Origin: Azolla caroliniana
Taxonomy: Eukaryota; Plantae; Polypodiophyta
Direction: 5' to 3'
Assembly (NCBI GenBank): GCA_043228905.1
Contig: JBHGNT010000778.1
Location: 1 to 15,793, forward strand
Length of the DNA stretch: 15,793 bases
Each line of letters begins with the position of its first letter. The stretch's first letter is position 1. Made by a program: the position numbers and the translations under genes. This document shows, piece after piece, positions 8,508-15,793 of this stretch. The notes beneath the pieces were generated by a model. The model was not told where the DNA came from, did no database searches, and was given only the letters and a program-made list of their open reading frames with translations.

Positions 8508-11500
8508 GTAAGCCTTACTTTTGGGTGTGACCATAATGAGTCTCCAAGTGTATCCACTATATGATACGTGTGTATGGATGTCCTCATTCATGTGTGTGTA
8601 TTGGGAAAACTCTAGATGATATTTCACATGGACTTTATATCCATAGTGTCCATATGTTTGATTTTCTTCTTTCTTACTAACATTAGAGTAAGGTATTATA
8701 TCGGGCCGCATTCACTAAGTATTAGAGTGCATAATGCATAATCACTAACTATAGCTATCAAATGTTGTATACACCATGTTCGTAACCTGTAATTTAATTA
8801 CATTTTATGTCTAGAGGTCATGATTTTCTCAATATTTCAACCAACTTTGCATATTACATAATATAGCATTTCAATTGAATAAGCAATTGTCATATTCTTA
8901 ATTTTAAATAAATTTTGTATTCAGAGATCATCAACTTTATAAATATTCAAAGAATACATGTTTTTTACTTTAAAACTTGTTAACTATTAATAATTTAGCA
9001 AATTCTATATGGGTTGACGAACATGTGATACTAATGTAACAAGTTTCTATATATTGCATAAATTTGCAAAATTATAAAAAGAATCTAAAAATGGAATGCA
9101 CTATCCTTCCACTTCTGAACGCGAACGTGTTTATTATAGGATCATGTTATGACATTGAGAGCATGTCAAAACCTTTATGAACTCTTTCAATGGGTCTCTC
9201 TATTTGAGGGAGGTATGACTCCACAAAGTCATCTAACTCTTTTAAACAAAACCATAACTCCTAGAGAAATCCCATCAAGGCTCTTGTCAAGATTACAATC
9301 AATTCTTAGAGTCACGCGTGATCGTGTGGAAGTTGATGATGTATTTGTAAACCCACCAGTTGTAGGTTTCAGCCCATGCTAGAAGTCAAGCTGGTTACGA
9401 CCTTTGGTACACCTCTAGTATGTCCTTACAAAATAAAGCAAGATAATCAAGAAACTATGGACTAAAATATGGCTAATGTTTCTTGACATACAAACCTTTC
9501 AAGACCCTCCATCTTGTCAAGTCAGTCTAGTTGGATCTTTCAATCAAACCTTATTGCATTATTTGCAACATGATAACAATGTAGGAAGTGCCCTTGACGG
9601 TGCCTATACGTGTTCTTGGTTTTGGTGATGGTTCTGGTGCTGGTGGTTGTACTTGAGTTGTCCTCCTAGTGTGTGTTTGCAATGGCATCAGAGAAGCACT
9701 TACGGAGGTCATCATACTCAAGCGTTTGTAAGAGAGCCAAGTGTGATGTTATATCCTCATCTGTATACCCCGATACCATCGTGCAACTATATGGAGAATA
9801 TAAGTGCTGGGATGGTTGATGGTAATTTCTCCAACATAAGTTCCATAATACCTAAAACACGTACATAAACAATTTTAGTATGTATGTGTGTGCATGAATG
9901 ATTGATTGTAGGAATGAATGTGTGCATCAATTTATGTATGCTATATGTGTGTGACTGAATGTGTATGTATGAATGAGAATCTTGTGTATAAATGTTAGTT
10001 TGAATATATTTATGCTAGTTTATAATTGAATTGTTAAACGTAAGCTATCTATGTGTACGAGTGTATAAATGTACGTGCATGAATGTGTTAATGAATAAAT
10101 TATTATATGGATGTTTGTATATGATTGTGGTAATGCGTACATATATATGAAATCATAAATAGCCTGAATAATGTGCATGTGTCCATTACCATACACACTT
10201 ACATTACAATGTAACAATGAAGTCCCAAGTACCTTTGAGATATTGGATATATTTTTCTCATGAATTAGAATGCTTGATAATAATATAAAAGGAAAGAAGG
10301 TGGTCAATACAATGGTCCATGCATTGGGACATGAAGATTATAACAAGGGTGTAAGTGTGGTGTAGAACAACTTCGCATCATTTGATCGTGAAGTGCCCAA
10401 TGATAAGGCTAAAGATAAGAACATGTGTGAAAACGAGATCCCTTGGAATAGTTTGGACAATGCCGTGACATAAATCTCCAAGGCTTCAAGCCTAGCCTAC
10501 ACTACATTGGAAAATATGAGAGGACCATTGGCATTGTGCAACAATATGCACCTTAGAAGCTTTGAGTTGGAGCACTACTATACCCGATAATGGAAATAAG
10601 AAGGTTGAAGGTTGTCTAGATGATGGCATGAATGTCCTCTCCAAAACTTCATCCCCAAGCTTCACTATACTTTGTAACTTTATGAAGCAATGAAGTTATA
10701 TGGGAACAAAGAATATGTAAAGGCCAAATTTGAGAAGTCATTTGCCATATAGAAACATTTAATACATGCATAAAATCATAAACATACATACAATTGTACT
10801 TTGTACATATATACACATACAATCATTAATTTATACAAATGCATACATTCATTCATTTACACATGCATATAACAATCACACACGCACATTTTTTACAATC
10901 ATTTGCATACAATCATAGAAATATAAATGCATTAATTTATATACATATAAACATTCGCATAAGCTCTTCATCATTGCGACTTGCCATTTTATTTCCATTT
11001 GACATTCCTCACCATCTAGTTCTATATGTAGCTCAAATTTTAATGGTAACTACTAACGGAGGAGTAATAGGAACACTTCAAGAAAAGGAAATGAAGAACT
11101 ATAAATAAAAGGGGTTGTACTCCCCTAAACTATATTACGGATAATGTTGCTTTCCATTACTTTATGAATGATAGATTAAGTAGAGTAGGCCTTTGACATT
11201 TATCTCATTATATTGCAAATTACATTTTGCTTGATTTATACTTCATTTTCCATATATATTAAGTAGAGTAATGCAAATATGGTCAAAACGATAGATGATG
11301 AAAAAAAAAACCATAAAAAATGTGGAAAAAAAACCTAATCCAAATTATGTTATTTAGATTTCGTAGATTAGACAAATAAAATTGCATATTGTATGTTATG
11401 TTGTTATTGAAGTTATGGAAAAAGGATGGATCATGGGAGACGATACAATACCCCCCCAAAAAGAACAAAAAAATACGAAGAATATGCTGGGTAGGAATCT

Positions 11501-11823
11501 CCTCAAGGTCAACACAGATACAGAGGGTAGTGCGCACAGATGATGTTCAAAAGAATTCCTCTCTACATAATTTCCTGAAAAAGAGGTTTGAATATAATGA
11601 GTCTGTGCAGATTAAATTTTTCAATGAGTTGAATGGCGATTGAGCAATGCATGATCTGTGGGTCTCCCCTTTAGATGACCTTACGAACGAGGAGAGCTCA
11701 ATCAGAATCTCCTGGTTCTAGCAGCGACACATCAATCCATCCTTACAGCGAAGGATTGACCAAAATGCATGATTCTCTGCAGATGATGCTCTCTGAGCAA
11801 TAGACCATGACTTGCTCATTCTG

Positions 11824-11826
11824 TAT

Positions 11827-11868
<42 letters not shown>

Positions 11869-11922
11869 TACATATACATGATATATATTATGTATATGTG
11901 TATGTATACATACATTATTACA
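11824..11922. repeat. (TATACA)n microsatellite and flanking TA-rich low-complexity tract
   Basis: Six perfect TATACA units from 11828, then degenerate units. Confidence 0.92.
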
Positions 11923-11952
11923 TATATAAACCCCTCTCTCTCTCTCTCTCTC
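11923..11952 (+). promoter_or_regulatory. Candidate TATA box plus (CT)n pyrimidine patch of the GLR gene
   Basis: TATATAAA at 11923-11930, then (CT)9 from 11934, ~70-100 bp upstream of the ATG at 12022. This is a typical plant core promoter/5' UTR layout. Confidence 0.6.
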
Positions 11953-12021
11953 CCTCGTCCCTTCCACCCCCTCAGTTCACACTTGGCCACCCGTTGGGGC
12001 CGTCATTCTCATCCCCCGACC

Positions 12022-12348
12022 ATGTATGCTCCGATGGGCCTCATCACGGCTCTCCTAGTGCTTGCCATCTTCTTCTCCCCTGAATTTCCGACTGCGCACG
12101 CGACCAATTCCTCCAACTTGAAGATCCTTGTTCCTCTCAAACTTGGATTCGAGGAGTTTGTGAGTTGGCAATCGTCTGAGATACCGGTCACGCCCAACTC
12201 CGTCGTCAATTTCTCCGGCTTCGCCATCAATGTGTTTCAAGAATGCGTTGAGAAGCTTAATTATCGTATTAATTACACATTAATTGGCTATGGAGATGGC
12301 CTTGTAGACCCAACCTATAATGACCTTGTGCAAAAGCTTGTCTCTAAG
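12022..12348 (+). CDS. GLR: Glutamate receptor-like channel, exon 1 (signal peptide plus first part of S1 ligand-binding segment)
   Basis: MYAPMGLITALLVLAIFF..AHA signal-like peptide, then LKILVPLKLGFEEFV..FSGFAINVF..L.Y..Y..YGDG..PTYNDLVQKL, matching the plant GLR S1 pattern (LRIGVP..F.EFV..GFCIDVF..P.Y..LV). Phase-0 donor AAG|GT at 12349. Confidence 0.9.
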
Positions 12349-13389
12349 GTATTACATTAGCTATACGTAATTTTTTTTTGTTTTTGTTGTAGTAATGACA
12401 CTTAATTTTCATAAAAATCAATCGCTTAAGGTTAATCATTTATGATAAATGGACCTCGATAATGTGTTTATATCTATGTTAGCAAGAATTTGTACGTGCA
12501 CATTAATGATAGAAAAGACATAAGGGATTGTGGCAATCCTCAAGTAGGATGTCATGGCTAGACAGGGAGAAACTAATATCTAAGTCCATAAAATACCTCG
12601 AGACTATATGTAACAAATTACTAAGATTGTCCTAATATCATACCCCTTACCATGGAATCTCGTTCAAAGATTGACATAGGCACTAACAAATTGTTGATAA
12701 TTCCATCTATAATTGAGGGTTTGATCCAGTGGACAAGAGTTTGAACTCCAATACATATGAGTGTTTTAAAAGTAATTTTTAGCATCGCTAAAATTATTTT
12801 GACATTCCATGATATACTATTCAAGCATCGGTTGGCCAAGGTAATGTTTTCTAGTTATTCTTGTAAGATCTATTTGATTAATTGTGCAAGATCTATATTT
12901 CTTAGCGCCAAGTAAGTCAAATATGAGAGGCTTATTCGGTGAATAATTGGTTTTGTTGTATTGTATGGAAAAGCTACTCTCAAGAGAGTACGATGTGCTC
13001 ACTTCGAAGAGATAAAGTAACTTTGTTAGTAATCCTTGTGTAGAATGGTCCAAGGAATAGTTTGAGCAAATTTAATACCAAAGATTGAAATTTTTACTCA
13101 AAGAAATACATGTGCAATCAAGTACAAGTGTATGGAGTAAGAGCCAAAAATGTATGCAGTAGAATCGCTTCGTATGGAGAGGGAGTTGTCCGATTTTGAC
13201 ATACGGAAGCCGATTTGATGAAGATATTGCGTTATCTTTGAATGCCAAGCACACGGTGCTTTGAATTTCCACTGCTTGATAATGATATTTACATAGCATA
13301 CAACAAGTTGGATTAATAAGGTTTTAATTAATTCTGTGCTCCAGTAATACGTTCGTATTGGTTTTCACTATATGCATGCATGGTCATAG

Positions 13390-13673
13390 GACGTAGATGG
13401 AGTAGTTGCTGATTTGACGATCACTAGTGACCGGTTACAGTTAGTAGACTTTACCCAGCCATATATAGGATCAAGTCTTCAAATGATCGCGCCACTTCAA
13501 TCTAGGAGTAATATTTCATTCTGGACATTCATTTCCCCTTTCTCTTGGCAACTTTGGATAACCATTGGAGCATTATTTATTGTCACAATGTCTTTGATCT
13601 TCTTCGTGGAATGGTGTGGCCGAGCTGATGAACACGATGGAGGTTGGGGAAAGGCCTTCTCAAAATCGTTTTG
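13390..13673 (+). CDS. GLR: Glutamate receptor-like channel, exon 2 (rest of S1, pre-M1, M1, up to start of M2)
   Basis: Acceptor CATAG| at 13389, then DVDGVVADLTITSDRLQLVDFTQPY..FWTFISPFSWQLW..IFFVE..SFW, and phase-2 donor TG|GTAAG. Both intron positions match those I recall for plant GLRs. Remaining exons were not found in the window. Confidence 0.93.
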
Positions 13674-14624
13674 GTAAGAACTCATGATCACCTCATATCA
13701 TATTGTTTGTATCAAACTAGATTTTTCAACACCTCATATTAGTGTGTAATTTAAACACACACAACATATGAATGCGAATATTTAATTGTATATATTGATA
13801 ATAAATATGTTAAATTCGAGTCATAATATGGCATTGATGGCAATTGACAAGGTGCGGAACAACTTTCAATAGCAGGTACTATGACATTGACAAGGGATAC
13901 AAGACTCTCTTAGGTGGAGGGTTTGTCGAGGTAGTGTTTATAGCAAAAAGAAGACAACCCAAACTTGAAGATAGATGTCTAGGGTTTACGGTTTAGGAAC
14001 ATGGAATTGGACGAGGTCCGGGCTGGGAGTACATGTGTAATATCGCGCTTTATATCAAAATGAAGTTAACCCAAACCCAAAGATAGACGTCTAGGTTTCT
14101 CAAGTAACCCTCACCTAATAGGGTTTAGGGTTTCATAGTAACTGCTACCCAATTGCTCTAGATTGTTTTCCAGGAGCTATTTAGACAACAATCTTACGAT
14201 TGATTGCTAGCCATAGTTGGTTGGGAGATTAGTTACAAGCATAAACTGAAAGACATGAAGGGGATAGATATCATGAGGAATGTAGGAAGACAATGTGTTG
14301 TTGAAGAAGAGAAAAATCTAGAGACGTGAACCATGGGTAGAGTTCATCATAACAATAAATATATTAGGAAAATAAATATATCAAGTAGCTAAAATTACAA
14401 GTTAGTTACCTTCGACGGAGAGTTACTTGGGTGTTGAAGGACTATAGACTATGCCCTCACTAGTGTGCATTATATAATTGAGTACCTAACTAACATACTA
14501 CGCCTTGCCTCATCTCATCTTTGAAGATCCTTGTCCCATTAGGAGCATCTACCCTTCAACAAAGCTTTTGCTTGAGTAAATGACAATAGAATAGTATGCT
14601 TGCCCAAATCTTCAACTACAAACG

Positions 14625-15147
14625 TGTTGGTCTTCGATTACTGAGATTCGTGAGGAAATCCGATTATGAAATGCACAATAATGCGGGAACAAAAAAATAG
14701 GAAATGCACAGAGTACACAGTTTTACGTGGAAGTCCTAAACAGGGAAAACCACGGGAATAGAGATCCAGTATACAATGGAGAATACAAAGGAGACAATAT
14801 AAAACACTCTCTCTGCACAGAGTCTTGGCGTCACTCTCACTCTCACTCTTCACTCTGTTCCTACTACTCTTACTTCTATTATTATACTAATAATAATAGA
14901 AAATAATCAACCGATTGACTGAATAGTCAATTCAACTAGTCGACTCTAGTGTCGACTGTCCAGTTCGCCCGACTAATCGGCCTTGTCGTTGACAGTCCGG
15001 TCGGCTCGACTAGTCGGTCTAGTTTTCGACTTGGATCCTCTGTTGTCGACTCTCCTTGACATCGACTGTTGTCTCCCAGCCCGACCAGTCAGCTACTCCT
15101 TGTCTTCGACTATCGGCTCCTCCCATAGGAGGGACATATCCCTAACA
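14625..15147 (-). repeat. 3' LTR of the Copia element (523 bp)
   Basis: The minus strand starts TGTTAG after the PPT and ends CCAACA. It contains the Copia U5-type motif CCCGTGGTTTTCC..TTCCACGTAAA and multiple GTCGAC/TCGACT motifs in U3. Confidence 0.85.
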
Positions 15148-15163
15148 AACTCCCCCTTCACTC
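15148..15163 (-). other. Polypurine tract of the Copia element
   Basis: The minus strand reads GAGTGAAGGGGGAGTT immediately before TGTTAG. Confidence 0.88.
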
Positions 15164-15164
15164 C

Positions 15165-15793
15165 TATGGGTGGAGTTAGTTAGCCCTGTCCTTTGTCGAC
15201 TTACTTTGAGTTTGTCCATCGATAGGTTCTTCGTGAGCATGTCGGATCCATTTTAGTCAGTATGGATCTTCACAAGAGTAAACTCTCCATCTTCCACTCT
15301 CTCCTGTAACCAGTGATACCTTCTCTATATGTGCTTGGTTCAGGAGTGGTACATAGCGTTCTTGGCTAGATGTATGGGGTTGTGGCTATCACAGTGAAGC
15401 AAGGACTCCCTTTGCTTCATTCCTAACTCACTGAGAAAATTTCTCATCCAGATCAGCTCTTTTCCGGCCTCTACCGCTGCCATATACTCTGCCTCTATGG
15501 TCAACAAGGCCACATATTTTTTGAAGTTGTGACTGCCATGACATTACTCCCCATGCATAAGTCATCATGTACCCTGAAGTGGATGAACTTGAGTTTGTGT
15601 CCCCCAATGTTTCCAAGTCGGTAAACCCTTCAACCATACCTTAGGCATACCCCAAAGGTGCCTTTCAAGTACTTGAGTATTTATTTAATAGTTGCCCAAT
15701 GTTCTCTTCCTAGATTACTCCTATATCGGCTTATTGTCCCCATAGCAAATGCTATGTATGGTCTCGTACAATCCATAGCATACATTAAACTGC
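15165..15793 (-). pseudogene. pol: Copia RT C-terminus and RNase H, disrupted (Tnt1-like motifs)
   Basis: SLMYAMDCTRPYIAFA, HWATIK*ILKYLKGT, GFTD..STSGY..SWQS, VALSTIEAEYMA, LHCDS, TKHI and SDMLTK, with stops and frameshifts. Confidence 0.93.

Larger units (their letters stand above)
14625..15793 (-). mobile_element. Ty1/Copia LTR retrotransposon, 3' end (continues beyond the window)
   Basis: RT C-terminus and RNase H, followed by a PPT and a TG..CA LTR on the minus strand. Confidence 0.93.

Noticed and set aside
9140-9382. Possible later methyltransferase exon (TLRACQNL resembles the helix after motif I)
   Set aside because: No FxGxG motif found, the frame after the AG at 9139 is ambiguous, and the similarity is too short to support.
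11812-12021. N-terminal extension of the 182-aa ORF (YIYIYI..)
   Set aside because: It is translation of the microsatellite and (CT)n tract. The ATG at 12022 (or 12034) before the signal peptide is more plausible.
12620-13300. Possible TE or coding relic inside GLR intron 1
   Set aside because: Several frames look vaguely protein-like but contain stops and no motif I can identify.

Overview
This is eukaryotic, transposon-rich plant nuclear DNA; a non-seed land plant is my inference from the retroelement type. From left to right: (1) the probable 3' end of an LTR (1-~565). (2) A decayed, near full-length Ty3/Gypsy retrotransposon on the minus strand, with a 3' LTR at 567-2115 carrying a near-identical 490-bp tandem duplication, a PPT, a broken gag-PR-RT-RH-INT, a tRNA-Trp PBS, and a 5' LTR reduced to a 268-bp palindrome at 7477-7744. 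(3) A spliced pseudogene fragment resembling a beta-class N6-adenine/N4-cytosine DNA methyltransferase (DIPY motif, ~7860-8507). (4) An AT-rich spacer with weak coding relics. (5) The promoter and first two exons of a glutamate receptor-like (GLR) gene, whose signal peptide joins the S1 ligand-binding segment directly with no amino-terminal domain. (6) The 3' end (RT/RNase H, PPT, LTR) of a Ty1/Copia element lying antisense downstream of GLR exon 2. The most notable items are the ATD-less GLR, the intron-containing amino-methyltransferase relic and the fold-back LTR. All alignments and identities were done by eye.
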